Positions 28,443 through 37,944 of a DNA stretch of 64,000 nt are shown here, in pieces. The DNA is from Candidatus Dormiibacterota bacterium. Lineage in GTDB: Bacteria > Chloroflexota > Dormibacteria > Aeolococcales > Aeolococcaceae. Within the stretch, counting starts at the first letter, position 1, and the number at the start of each line of letters is the position of its first letter. The notes below the pieces were generated by a model that was given only the letters and a program-made list of their open reading frames with translations, searched no databases and was not told where the DNA came from. Location of the stretch: NCBI GenBank assembly GCA_003153505.1, contig PLZA01000065.1, forward strand, positions 29,031 through 93,030, read 5' to 3'. A program made the translations under genes and the position numbers.

Positions 28443-30053
28443 ATGGCGACCCTAGCGGAGCCGATCGTTCACGGGAAACCGGTGGTCTCCCAGCTGAAGA
28501 CCAACACCCTGAACCTCTTCGACGCCACGATCATCGCGACCTCGAGTGTCGCGCCTGCGTACAGCCTGGCCGCGACCATCGCGGTGCTCTTCGTCACCGT
28601 CGGAGCCGCCTCGCCGGCAGCGATCCTCGTCAGCTTCGTGCCCGTCTTCTTCATCGCGCTTGCGTACTTCTACCTGAACCGGATGGATCCGAACTGCGGC
28701 GCCTCATACTCGTGGGTGAGTCGCACGCTGAGCCCGTACATCGGTTGGTTCGGTGGCTGGGTGCAACTCTGCGCCAACATCCTCTTCTGCGCGGCCGCTC
28801 CGCTGATCGCCGGCGCGTACACACTCCAGTTGCTCAACAGCTTCGGATGGATCAGCAGCGACGCTGCCAGCAGCACTGTCTGGATTGCCATTGTTGGCGT
28901 GCTCTGGCTCTTCTTAGTCACCTACATGGTCGTCAAAGGCATCCGCCTCACCGCCAACTTCCAGTGGGTCCTTCTGGCCATTGAGTACCTCGTGGTGGTC
29001 GGATTCTGCGTGGCGGCGTTCATCAAGGTGATCGGCGGGCACCCCGCGGCGCAACCCGTCCATCTCCACTGGTTCAACCCGTTCGCGCTCGGGTCGGTCA
29101 GCGGCCTGGCCGCCGGCGCCGCGCTGGGCGTGTTCTTCTTCTGGGGATGGGACACCGCCGCCAACGTCAACGAGGAGACCAAGGACGCCGAGAGGACACC
29201 GGGTTACGCCGGCCTGATCAGCATGGTCGTGCTGCTGGTGCTCTTCCTGTTCTCAGCGACAGCGATTGACATGGTGACCTCGCCCGCCAACCTCAACAAC
29301 CTCGGGAACAGCGGCGGCGACATCCTCTACTTCTTCGCGCAATCGCTGAGCACCGCGCCGATCACTTACCTCATGATCCTTGCGGTTCTCTCCTCCACGG
29401 TTGCCACGGTGCAGACGACGTTGCTCCCGTCCAGCCGGCTGTCGTTCTCCATGTCCCGTGACGGAGTCTTTCCGGGCATCTTCGGGATCGTGCACAAGAG
29501 CTGGCAGACACCCTGGGTTGGGACTCTCATCACCACGGCACTCTCGACCCTGGTCATTGCGTCGACCTTCATCGGCAGTGTCAATGCTCAGTTCGGCAAT
29601 CTGATCCTCGAGATCGGGGTACTGGTCGCCTTCTATTACGGAATCACCGGAGTCGCGTGTGCGTGGGCTTTCCGCAAGGTGCTGCTCACATCGCCGAAGC
29701 TGTTCTTTCTCGCCGGTCTGTTTCCATTTATCGGCGGCCTCTTCCTCTTCTGGGTCGGCGTCCAAGTGGTCTTCCCAAACTATGAGGTCGACTCAGGGAC
29801 CATCACCACGGCCGCGCCAGTCCTCATAACATTCGCCCTGGGCATCCCCTTGACCATCGTTGCCGCAGTGCTCAACAAGAACGGCTTCTTCCGACAGAAG
29901 ACGGTCTCATACGTCAGCAGGAACGGCAACCTCGTCGCCGCGGTCGCTGGTGGCGGCACCATGGAGCTCACCGGCGGCCCGACGGGCGGTCCGCCGCCGG
30001 CAGCCCCGCCGGTTGCGGACCCGGCGGCTCAGAGCCGATCGAGCAACGAGTAG
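28443..30053 (+). CDS. APC superfamily amino-acid/polyamine permease
   Basis: Twelve predicted TM helices and 536 aa. N-terminal region is typical of APC permeases. Confidence 0.85.
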   Translation: MATLAEPIVHGKPVVSQLKTNTLNLFDATIIATSSVAPAYSLAATIAVLFVTVGAASPAAILVSFVPVFFIALAYFYLNRMDPNCGASYSWVSRTLSPYIGWFGGWVQLCANILFCAAAPLIAGAYTLQLLNSFGWISSDAASSTVWIAIVGVLWLFLVTYMVVKGIRLTANFQWVLLAIEYLVVVGFCVAAFIKVIGGHPAAQPVHLHWFNPFALGSVSGLAAGAALGVFFFWGWDTAANVNEETKDAERTPGYAGLISMVVLLVLFLFSATAIDMVTSPANLNNLGNSGGDILYFFAQSLSTAPITYLMILAVLSSTVATVQTTLLPSSRLSFSMSRDGVFPGIFGIVHKSWQTPWVGTLITTALSTLVIASTFIGSVNAQFGNLILEIGVLVAFYYGITGVACAWAFRKVLLTSPKLFFLAGLFPFIGGLFLFWVGVQVVFPNYEVDSGTITTAAPVLITFALGIPLTIVAAVLNKNGFFRQKTVSYVSRNGNLVAAVAGGGTMELTGGPTGGPPPAAPPVADPAAQSRSSNE

Positions 30054-31342
30054 TAGACGCCGACGAGTGGGAGGAACCAGGGGTGCCCCCGGTACAACGG
30101 CATCCGCGGAAAGCGGAGGTCGGAGAAGGCCGGTCGGGCACCTCTGGCGATCCACTGGGCGGCGAGCGTTCCCATCCAGCTCCCAAGTGCCACGCCGCTG
30201 CCGCAGTAGCCCATCGCGTACGTGACGCCTTCCGATCGCGTGAGGTGGGGCAGCTGGTCGAACGTGAATCCCACATTGCCCGTCCATGCATGGCTGAGCC
30301 GAACGCCCGAAAGCTCCGGATAGATATCGATCATCGCGGCGTAGAGGCGGTCTCGGGCCGTCTGCACGCTCACCGGAGCAAAGCTGGTGCGGCCGCCGAA
30401 AACCAGCCGTCCGTCGGGTGAGAGACGCCAGTAATGGAGGAAGTTGCGCGAGTCGCTCATCATCCGGCGCTGCGGGCTGACGTCTGCCGCGCGCGCGTCG
30501 CCGAGCGGCTCGGTCGCGATGATGTAGCTGCCGATCGGGATGATCCGGCGGCGGGCCCAGGGGGCGGCATCATCCGTGTACCCGTTGGTGGCCACCAGGA
30601 CGTCACCGGCAGCGACGTCGCCACGCGAGGTATGCACCACCACGCCCGGATCGCGCCGCTCGATGGAGGTCACCCGCGTGTGCAGGTGCAGCGCGACGCC
30701 ACCGGACAGCGACAGCCTGGCAAGGCCCGAGAGGTAGCGCGCCGGGTGGATGCTTGCTCCGTTGTCGGTGAGCATGCCGCCGTGGAAGCCGCGGCATGGT
30801 GCCTCGCTTTCGAGGGCCGCGTCCTCGAGCATGACGGTGGACTCGCCGAGGACGTCCCGTCGCTCGGCCTCGTCCTTGCGCAGGCTCTTCATCCGCGATC
30901 TACGGTGCGCGAGATGGAGCCAGCCGGACTGGGTGTACATCGCGTCGGGGGCGGCCGCAGCCGCGGTCCTCGCCACGAACCGGTAGGCCTCGACGCTCGC
31001 GTCGTGCAAGGCACGGCCGGCGGCACCGTGCTTGCGCTCGAGCGTCGCGACGCTGCGCCGGACTCCCGCGTGGATCATTCCGGCGTTCCGGCCGCTCGCG
31101 CCCTCCCCCAGCCCACCGCTGTCGATGACCAGCGTGTGCTTGCCGTGCGAACCAAGCCGGGCTGCCGCCGCAAGCCCCGTAAAGCCTGCGCCGATCACCA
31201 CGGCGTCTGCGCTTGCGGGCAGCGCCGTTTCCGCCACGCTGGGAAACGTTGCGTCGTCCCACCAGAGCGGCGTCTCACGGTAGTCCTCGGCGAGTGGCGC
31301 GGTGCGCTTTCCCGGCGGACCACCCGGCGACCAGATGCTCAT
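30029..31342 (-). CDS. FAD-dependent oxidoreductase (DAO family; gamma-glutamylputrescine oxidase-like)
   Basis: Dinucleotide-binding motif VVIGAGFTGLAAAARL is present. It is convergent with the permease gene and overlaps it by 25 bp. Confidence 0.8.
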   Translation of the reverse strand: MSIWSPGGPPGKRTAPLAEDYRETPLWWDDATFPSVAETALPASADAVVIGAGFTGLAAAARLGSHGKHTLVIDSGGLGEGASGRNAGMIHAGVRRSVATLERKHGAAGRALHDASVEAYRFVARTAAAAAPDAMYTQSGWLHLAHRRSRMKSLRKDEAERRDVLGESTVMLEDAALESEAPCRGFHGGMLTDNGASIHPARYLSGLARLSLSGGVALHLHTRVTSIERRDPGVVVHTSRGDVAAGDVLVATNGYTDDAAPWARRRIIPIGSYIIATEPLGDARAADVSPQRRMMSDSRNFLHYWRLSPDGRLVFGGRTSFAPVSVQTARDRLYAAMIDIYPELSGVRLSHAWTGNVGFTFDQLPHLTRSEGVTYAMGYCGSGVALGSWMGTLAAQWIARGARPAFSDLRFPRMPLYRGHPWFLPLVGVYYSLLDRL

Positions 31343-31423
31343 AATCTACTCAACAGTGACAAGTTCGACTTGGTCGGACAGCGTACCTGCTGCCCACACC
31401 AGGTCGTGTCGAGGAGTGTCCGC

Positions 31424-32200
31424 GTGGACGACATCCGCATCGGCGAGGTCGCACGGCGAGTGGGCGTGAGCCCGTCGACACTTCGCGCGTGGGAGCGCAA
31501 AGGGTTGGTGCGACCGATGCGTGCGGGCGGCCGCCATCGCCGCTACAACTCGGAGGACATCGCTCGCCTGCGTGACGTTCGCGCCCTGTTGACACGTGGT
31601 TTCGCGCCACCCGCGCTGCATTCGCTCATCGCCGGCGAGGCGGTGCCCGAGGATCCGGTTGTCGGCAAGCGCCTTCGGGCGGCACGGACCAAGCGCAGCC
31701 TGTCGCTGCGCAGCGCGGCCGAACGGGCCGGTATCTCGGCGTCGTACCTGAGCCTGGTGGAGCGCGGGCTTGCCGAACCGTCGGTGGCCCTGCTCCAGCG
31801 AGTGGCATCGGCATACGGCGGAACCCTCCTCGAGTTCTTCGGCACCGCGCCGGGGGGGACCGCCGGCCCGAAGCTGGTACGCACCAGCGAGCGACGCAGA
31901 CTGCGCGGCTTCGACCGTGTCGAGATCGAAGACCTGGTCACGTTCCCCAACGCGGTGCTGGAGATCGACATCTTCAGTGTCGCACCGGGCGGCGGTAGCG
32001 GCGGCGCGTATTCCCACGACGGCGAGGAGGCGCTGTACGTCCTCGACGGGGAGCTCGACGTGTGGCTCGACGACGCCGAGCACTACCACATCGAGGCAGG
32101 AGACACGCTGTATTTCCGCAGTGCCCAGCAGCATCGCTGGATGAATCAGTCCAACACCACGACCCGACTCTTCTGGGTCAACACCCCGCCAACGTTCTAG
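31424..32200 (+). CDS. transcriptional regulator with MerR-type HTH, XRE-type HTH and C-terminal cupin domain
   Basis: Three recognisable parts: a MerR-type HTH (IGEVARRVGVSPSTLRAWERKGLV), an XRE-type HTH (LRSAAERAGISASYLSLVERG) and a C-terminal cupin (GDTLYFRSAQQHRW). A GTG start is assumed. Confidence 0.7.
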   Translation: MDDIRIGEVARRVGVSPSTLRAWERKGLVRPMRAGGRHRRYNSEDIARLRDVRALLTRGFAPPALHSLIAGEAVPEDPVVGKRLRAARTKRSLSLRSAAERAGISASYLSLVERGLAEPSVALLQRVASAYGGTLLEFFGTAPGGTAGPKLVRTSERRRLRGFDRVEIEDLVTFPNAVLEIDIFSVAPGGGSGGAYSHDGEEALYVLDGELDVWLDDAEHYHIEAGDTLYFRSAQQHRWMNQSNTTTRLFWVNTPPTF

Positions 32201-32215
32201 GAGGAGCGCAGACCC

Positions 32216-33505
32216 ATGAACACGGTCGAGAAGTACCGCCGCTACGTGAATACCAGCGCGCTCGCCGGGGTGGAGCCGATCACCGTGGAGAGCGCTCGCG
32301 GCGCGACGGTGACCGCAACCGACGGCACTGAATACATCGATCTCTACTCGGGCATCGGTGTGGTCAATACGGGGCATGTGCCGCCGAAGGTCGCGGAAGC
32401 AGCCAAGCGGCAGATGGACAAGGTCGTGCACTCCTGTTCGTATGTCTATCACGTCCCCGTCGTCGCCGACCTCGCGGAACGGCTTGCCGAGATCACGCCG
32501 GGACGCCTCCAGAAGACGTTCTTTGGGAACAGTGGCGCTGAAGCCGTTGAAGGCGCACTTCGGCTGGCACGCGTCTTCACCGGTCGCCGAGAGATCATCG
32601 CCTTGCAGGGTTCCTTCCACGGCCGGACCGCCGGTGCGCTCGCGGTGACCGGGAACGCCCTGCGCAAGCATGGCGGCGGCGCCCAGATCGCGGGGATCGC
32701 CTTTGCTCCAACGCCCAACCCCTATCGCTGCCGGATGTGTTCGGGGTCGTGCTCGCTGGCATGCGCCGACGCCGTCGATGACGTGATCCGGTACGACACC
32801 AGTGATGATGTGGCGGCGTTCATCATCGAGCCGATCATCGGCGAGGGGGGAATCATCCCGCTGCCGGAAGGCTATCTGCAGCGGGTGAAGGACATCCTCG
32901 ACTCGCGAGGCGTCCTGCTGATCGTCGACGAGGTGCAGAGCGGGTTCGGGCGCAGCGGCAGGATGTTCGCGGTGGAGGCTTCCGGCGTCGAGCCAGACAT
33001 CATGACCATGGCCAAGGGGATCGCGAGTGGCTTCCCGCTCGGCGCATTCATCGCCCGCGAGGACGTGGCCGACGCTTTCGAGCCGGGCGACCACATGAGC
33101 ACGTTCGGTGGCAACCCGATCTCGTGTGCAGCAGGCGTTGCCACGATCGACATGCTCGTCGACGAGCGTCTACCGGAGCGGGCTGCGCGGATCGGAGCCA
33201 CCGTCATGGCCCGCCTTGACGCGTTCGCCGTCGAGTCGGACCTGGTCGGAGACGTCCGCGGGAGCGGGCTGATGATCGGCATCGAGCTGGTGCGCGATCG
33301 GGTCACCAAGGAGCCGGCCAGCACCGAGGCGGCGGCCGTCAAGCGGCACTGCCGCGAGCGCGGTGTGCTGATCGGGGTGGGTGGGTCACTTGGCAACGTC
33401 GTCCGTGTTCAACCGCCGCTGGTGATCGGTGAGGAAGAGCTCGACCGCGCGATCGGCGTCATCGAGGAAGCGGTCACGAGTCTCGCCGCACAACCCGTCG
33501 GGTAG
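32216..33505 (+). CDS. class-III aminotransferase (4-aminobutyrate aminotransferase-like)
   Basis: GabT-like motifs are present (YIDLYSGIGVVNTGH, the PLP-Lys region MTMAKGIASGFPLGA). Confidence 0.85.
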   Translation: MNTVEKYRRYVNTSALAGVEPITVESARGATVTATDGTEYIDLYSGIGVVNTGHVPPKVAEAAKRQMDKVVHSCSYVYHVPVVADLAERLAEITPGRLQKTFFGNSGAEAVEGALRLARVFTGRREIIALQGSFHGRTAGALAVTGNALRKHGGGAQIAGIAFAPTPNPYRCRMCSGSCSLACADAVDDVIRYDTSDDVAAFIIEPIIGEGGIIPLPEGYLQRVKDILDSRGVLLIVDEVQSGFGRSGRMFAVEASGVEPDIMTMAKGIASGFPLGAFIAREDVADAFEPGDHMSTFGGNPISCAAGVATIDMLVDERLPERAARIGATVMARLDAFAVESDLVGDVRGSGLMIGIELVRDRVTKEPASTEAAAVKRHCRERGVLIGVGGSLGNVVRVQPPLVIGEEELDRAIGVIEEAVTSLAAQPVG

Positions 33506-33582
33506 CGACCCACCCGCGAAACCGTTTCGAGGTCAGTTGACGACGATCACCGGGGTGCCAGCGTCATGGGCACGCGAGCCCG

Positions 33583-34470
33583 CTACGGTCCCCCTGCGGA
33601 TCGTGAGAGGGGTTGCACGCCGTCGCCGCGGAACGTGGTCTCGATTCCACGAACATCCCCATCCTCATCGGCGAGGACGGTCACGTTGACATAGCCCAAA
33701 TGGGTCAGATCGTCGGCCAGCAGCACCGCTTGATCACCGCCGAGTTCGAGCAGGAGTGCCCCACCGGGTTTGAGGAAGCGTGGGCTGTCACGCAGGACTC
33801 GCCGGAGGACGCGCGTGCCGTCGTCGCCTCCGTCGTAGGAGAGTGTCGTCTCGAATGTGAAGGTGTCACGCTGCAGCAGCGGCAACTCCGGTGTCGGAAC
33901 ATACGGCACCACACCCACGACCACGTCGACGCGATGTTCGAGATCGCGGGGCAGCGGTGCGAAGAGATCGCCGTGATACACCTCGACGCCGTTGGCGGTA
34001 GCGCATGCAACGGCCGCTCGAGCCACGTCGGACGCCAGCACTCGGGCGCGGGGACGATGCGTGGCGAGGACCTTCGCGATCGCACCAGATCCGGTGCACA
34101 GGTCGATCGCACAGCCGTCGCGTGGCAGCCGCTCAACCGCTCTGCTTGCGACTGGTTCGCTGAGCCAGCGCGGGACGTAGACGTCCGGATCGACTCGCAC
34201 ATCGATGCCACAGAACGAGACACGGCCGGTGATCCAGGCGAGCGGCTCCCCGGTGAGACGGCGCCGCACGGCCGCGTCGAGCAGTCCTCCGTCGCCGCCG
34301 GCGAAGGTCAGCAGCTGCTGTGATTCCTCAGCCGCGGCGATGAAACCTTCGCGCGTCAGGAGCGCGCTCAGCGATGCGAGATCGCTCGCGATTGCGATGC
34401 CCTCAGCAGCAGCTGTTGGGAGGACTCGCGATCGCGATGATGCCGCCGATGACGACGAATGCGAGGACAA
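33583..34470 (-). CDS. HemK/PrmC-family SAM-dependent methyltransferase
   Basis: Substrate-binding (VSFCGIDVRVDPDVYVPR) and SAM-binding (IDLCTGSGAIA) motifs are present. Start is uncertain; the N-terminal ~30 aa may be spurious. Confidence 0.7.
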   Translation of the reverse strand: MSSHSSSSAASSRSRVLPTAAAEGIAIASDLASLSALLTREGFIAAAEESQQLLTFAGGDGGLLDAAVRRRLTGEPLAWITGRVSFCGIDVRVDPDVYVPRWLSEPVASRAVERLPRDGCAIDLCTGSGAIAKVLATHRPRARVLASDVARAAVACATANGVEVYHGDLFAPLPRDLEHRVDVVVGVVPYVPTPELPLLQRDTFTFETTLSYDGGDDGTRVLRRVLRDSPRFLKPGGALLLELGGDQAVLLADDLTHLGYVNVTVLADEDGDVRGIETTFRGDGVQPLSRSAGGP

Positions 34471-34641
34471 GCACCAGGAGTGCGGCGATCACCAGCTTCG
34501 TTCTCGTATCCATGCGTCCATGGAATGATGCACAAAGTCATGGCGCACCGGTGACCGGCGCGTGCGGGCTTGGAGCCGCATGCTGGCGAGCGGGCTGGCG
34601 TGACGCGGCGGTGCGATGTGGATCAAGCACCGCGGGGTCCA

Positions 34642-34890
34642 TTAGCCCGACGGACCCACCTCACGGGCTACCGGCCCGGAGCGCGAGCCCCGAGCATACT
34701 GCGGCGGTTCGACCTTTGTGGTGCGCGGTGCGCGGGCAACGCCGGCGCGATCGAGGACGTTCCGGCACCTCAGGCACTTGAACATGGGGGATGGCTGCGG
34801 CCAGCCGTCCCCGTGACGATCGTCACGACGAGGGGGAGTGAAGGTCAGCGGGACCACGCGATCGGCCCCGCACCGCCTGCAAAGGATCAA
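34642..34890 (-). CDS. possible small zinc-ribbon protein (two CxxC pairs)
   Basis: Two CxxC pairs (CRRC, then CLRC 31 aa later). Start is TTG; GC3 is about 70% and there is no clear SD. Confidence 0.25.
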   Translation of the reverse strand: MILCRRCGADRVVPLTFTPPRRDDRHGDGWPQPSPMFKCLRCRNVLDRAGVARAPRTTKVEPPQYARGSRSGPVAREVGPSG

Positions 34891-35620
34891 CGCCCAAAAA
34901 TTGTTCCATGCGGTCGTCCGGCCGTGTGTACGCTACGAGACTAAACGGGGACGGCGATTCCCGCCGGCGTCAGACTGAAGGCCAGCCCGTCCAGTCGCCC
35001 AGCCAGACCGGTGCCTCGGCAGGCGACGTGTCCCTCTACAACGCGGTGGGCTCGATCAACGCACTCCTGGACCTCGCCGGCTGGTTCCAGTAGGGGCGGA
35101 CCGGCGGGCTCCCGACGGATCTTGGCGCCGTCGCCCACCTCGGCCAGTGCCCGCAGCCGCTCGGTCCGATGTTGAACGCAGCTCGCCCGAATTCGGGCTG
35201 AGTTGAGCGCTCTGGGGAGTCCCCAGGCGCTCTTGTAGACGCGAACGACGGCGATGCCGCGAGTGGTTGAACTGGCCAGGTCCGCACGCGTACACTGCGA
35301 CCCTCATGGCGGGGAATCGTGGGCCGAGTTTCGCTCGCTACAACTCCGCAATCGCGGCGACGGCCGCGCTTGCGGCTGCGAAGGCTGATAAGGCCAAGAA
35401 GGAGCACGAGCAGTCTGCGGAGCTTCGCCCTCAGCCGGAGGCGTGGCGCACGCCCGAACACCTTCCTGAGCATCGCCAGGACGTCGCCTGAGGGTCCGGT
35501 ACCCGAACGCCGTGCGCGCACTCGTCGTCCCCGTTCTAGGCCCCCTCGGCTGACAGTATCGACCTCGGCACCATCCGCGGCGCTGGAGGCCATCAACTAT
35601 TGGTAGGAGGGAGGTCACCG

Positions 35621-35800
35621 ATGCCCGAAGACCACGACCCCAGCGCCTGGCAGCCGGTCGCCGTCCCCCAGCGCCGGATCGCTGACATGGATCTTCCGAC
35701 GTTCTTCATCCTGCTGTTCGTGACGATGACGCTCGCCGTCACCGCGGGCGTCTTCCTCTTCTACTACGTGCTGCTGCGGGCCATCGGAGTGAACGCCTGA
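35621..35800 (+). CDS. small membrane protein (59 aa)
   Basis: A strong SD (GGAGGGAGG) lies 6 nt upstream of the ATG. C-terminal hydrophobic helix FFILLFVTMTLAVTAGVFLFYYVLL. Confidence 0.4.
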   Translation: MPEDHDPSAWQPVAVPQRRIADMDLPTFFILLFVTMTLAVTAGVFLFYYVLLRAIGVNA

Positions 35801-36090
35801 TCGTGGCCAGGATCGCGACGCCTGAGCTTGAGTGGTGAGTAACCGACTCCGTTTGTCATCGTTCTACCTTCCGAGCTTGGGGAAATACGGAGACCCCCGG
35901 CGCGGTGCCAGGGGCCTCTTCAGGAAGGGAATGAGTTTCAGCCGCCATCTTGCCTGATCGCCCGTAAGGATCGGCGCGGGACCGAGTAGGATCGTCCGAT
36001 GGGGGCAGCGGTCGCCAGGAACGCGGGGAACGCATGCGTCGCAGCGCCAGCGGTGGTCGTTGCGCCCACGTCTGGCCGCGCGGATAGCGC

Positions 36091-36414
36091 TTACTGAACG
36101 GGCGTGCCTATCAGCTCGCGTGTTTCTCCCGCTGTGAGGTTGAAGAGCTTGTAGGCGCCGTCCTCCTGCGTCTGCCTAACCTCAACCGTGTCCTTATCGA
36201 TCATCTCCGAGACTATGCGCAACCAGGTTGGGCGGCCGTCCAGGCTTCCTCCATGCTTCTCGATTAGCTGCCAAAGGCGACGACGGCTTTCCCCAAACGG
36301 TTCGCGCGGGTGGTCCTTACGAAAGATCTCTCCCAGGTCACGGAAGAACGCGTTTCGGCCGCCGATGTCGTTGGCGTCATACCAGCGTTCGGACACGCTC
36401 GGTTCGAAGGTCAT
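36091..36414 (-). CDS. hypothetical protein (lower GC, no recognisable domain)
   Basis: An AAGAGG SD lies 5 nt upstream of the ATG. GC3 is about 60%, against ~85% in neighbouring genes. Confidence 0.5.
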   Translation of the reverse strand: MTFEPSVSERWYDANDIGGRNAFFRDLGEIFRKDHPREPFGESRRRLWQLIEKHGGSLDGRPTWLRIVSEMIDKDTVEVRQTQEDGAYKLFNLTAGETRELIGTPVQ

Positions 36415-36460
36415 GGAGCCCTCTTAACCCTACTGAGTTCTTTCACTAAGGTCGCGCAGC

Positions 36461-37297
36461 TTACTCAGACTGGCGACCGATCGTCCCACCTTCTGTCGGC
36501 TGATCCACACCACGCTGAGGGGGAGGATATTGCCGCACCGCGCACGCTGCGATGGTGAAGTTGCCTGTAACCATTGTGATGACGCCGCCATTCTCGCCAC
36601 TCTCGGTGAATGTGTAAGAGCCAGCAGCGCCAACGGTCATGGTGAACGGGTTGGACGGAATGTAGTCGGCTACGATGTCGGCCACGACGAGCTTGTATCC
36701 GACAGTCACGCCGCTGAATGTGGCGCTACCTGTGTCACCTGACGTTGAGCACGTCGTCGTCACGGTAACGACTGCGCACGCGCTAATGGTGAAGGGCAGC
36801 AATCCGCTGTTCGGGCCTTCAGGCGCTCCCGAGTAGGTGAATGAGTGGTCGCCAACGGTGTACGGACCACTGGTGAACGGGTTGCGGGTGACGTCCACGA
36901 CGTTACCGTCAAGCGTGATGGTGTCGGGCACGACGGGAGCGTCCTGTCCCGCTCCTGCTGTCCACGTTACGATCAAGCGTCCACCCTCAGTAGTGCCCGG
37001 AACGGCGCATGTGGTTTCCCAGCCTACGCCGGTCTGGCAGGGGCCATAACCGCACGGCCCTTCAGTCGGGCTGGGCGTAGGTGTGGAGGTCGGGGACGGC
37101 GTGGGCGTTGAGCAGTCTCCGTCGCAGCCCGTGGGCGGCGGCGAAGGCGTAGGCGTGTCGGTCGGTGACGGCGCTACTGTCGGAGCGACTGCAAGCGAGA
37201 GCGTTGGTCGCGCAGTAGGCGGCGTAACTGCCGTCGAGCCACAGGCTGCGAGGCCAACGGCGGCGATCGCAGTGCCGGCGATGGTCGCGAATTTCAC
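36461..37297 (-). CDS. putative lipoprotein with PT-rich linker and Cys-rich/beta-rich C-terminal domain
   Basis: A GGAGAGGG SD precedes the GTG start. The N-terminus is a lipoprotein signal with lipobox (VKFATIAGTAIAAVGLAACGS), followed by a TPTPSP linker. Confidence 0.6.
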   Translation of the reverse strand: MKFATIAGTAIAAVGLAACGSTAVTPPTARPTLSLAVAPTVAPSPTDTPTPSPPPTGCDGDCSTPTPSPTSTPTPSPTEGPCGYGPCQTGVGWETTCAVPGTTEGGRLIVTWTAGAGQDAPVVPDTITLDGNVVDVTRNPFTSGPYTVGDHSFTYSGAPEGPNSGLLPFTISACAVVTVTTTCSTSGDTGSATFSGVTVGYKLVVADIVADYIPSNPFTMTVGAAGSYTFTESGENGGVITMVTGNFTIAACAVRQYPPPQRGVDQPTEGGTIGRQSE

Positions 37298-37406
37298 GTC
37301 AGCTGCCCTCTCCACGAACCGACCACAGTCCTGACCGGCGCAGGGACCCTGGCCGCACTTCCTCTGGAACTCATGACGGGTGCCATACCGACCCAACGGG
37401 AACACG

Positions 37407-37667
37407 TCACGCACGGTTACATCCGCGCAAATGCGTCGAACGTGGCCCTCGCGTGTAGGCTCCGAGCCAGGGGTGATCGACGAGACTCCTGACGATCTGA
37501 CGGATACACTCGCGCGTCAGTTCAAGGGCCTCGCTGACGCTCGCCAGGTTCTCGCCGGCCTCATAGCGGTGGAGGATCTCAGCGTCTCGGCGCTCGATTA
37601 GGGGGAGCTGAGCGGTGGAGTGGCTTCCGGGCATGCCCATGCCTGCCACCCACCCCGTCGCGGGCAA
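37407..37667 (-). CDS. small sigma-70 region-4-like HTH protein
   Basis: RRDAEILHRYEAGENLASVSEALELTRECIRQI resembles a sigma-factor region 4 HTH. High GC3; start codon uncertain. Confidence 0.45.
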   Translation of the reverse strand: MPATGWVAGMGMPGSHSTAQLPLIERRDAEILHRYEAGENLASVSEALELTRECIRQIVRSLVDHPWLGAYTRGPRSTHLRGCNRA

Positions 37668-37944
37668 TCAAGCCGTACAGAAGCCGACACATCACGGCTT
37701 GAACGGACGATCGCAGCCGGGAGATTGGTGCCTCCCGACGCCATCGTCGACCTCGATCGCGACGTCCACTCGACGAGCCGCCGCGTGTCGGTCCTGAGCC
37801 TGTGGATGCGGCGCTGTAGCCGGGCCTCTTCGAGCTTTTGGGGCGACGGTGACGCCTCGCGATCGGGAACGCGGCAGGCCGCGAAGCTCGCTCCACGCCT
37901 TACGACCACACGCCGATGCTACGCGCGTGACTGTCAAACCACCG

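Noticed and set aside
30434-31420. N-terminal 330 aa of the 588-aa ORF preceding the MerR/XRE/cupin regulator.
   Set aside because: It is antisense to the FAD oxidoreductase gene and has no motifs. The regulator is taken to begin at the GTG at about 31424, just before its first HTH.
33530-33560. Short hairpin CGAAA-ccg-TTTCG between the convergent aminotransferase and methyltransferase genes, considered as a terminator.
   Set aside because: The stem is only 5 bp with a 3-nt loop and has no T-run, which is too weak to call.
34391-34513. 40-aa single-TM ORF (MDTRTKLVIAALLVLVLAFVVIGGIIAIASPPNSCC) overlapping the annotated start of the HemK-like methyltransferase.
   Set aside because: It is too short and overlapping to support without conservation data. 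It may simply reflect an over-extended methyltransferase N-terminus.
35300-35420. Possible tmRNA/ssrA tag-like region (Ala-rich reading frame ...AIAATAALAAAKADK, nearby TGA TAA double stop).
   Set aside because: No frame ends in the canonical ...ALAA-stop. There is no tRNA-like 3' domain (GGTTCGATTCC...CCA) nearby and no 5' GGGGC acceptor half.
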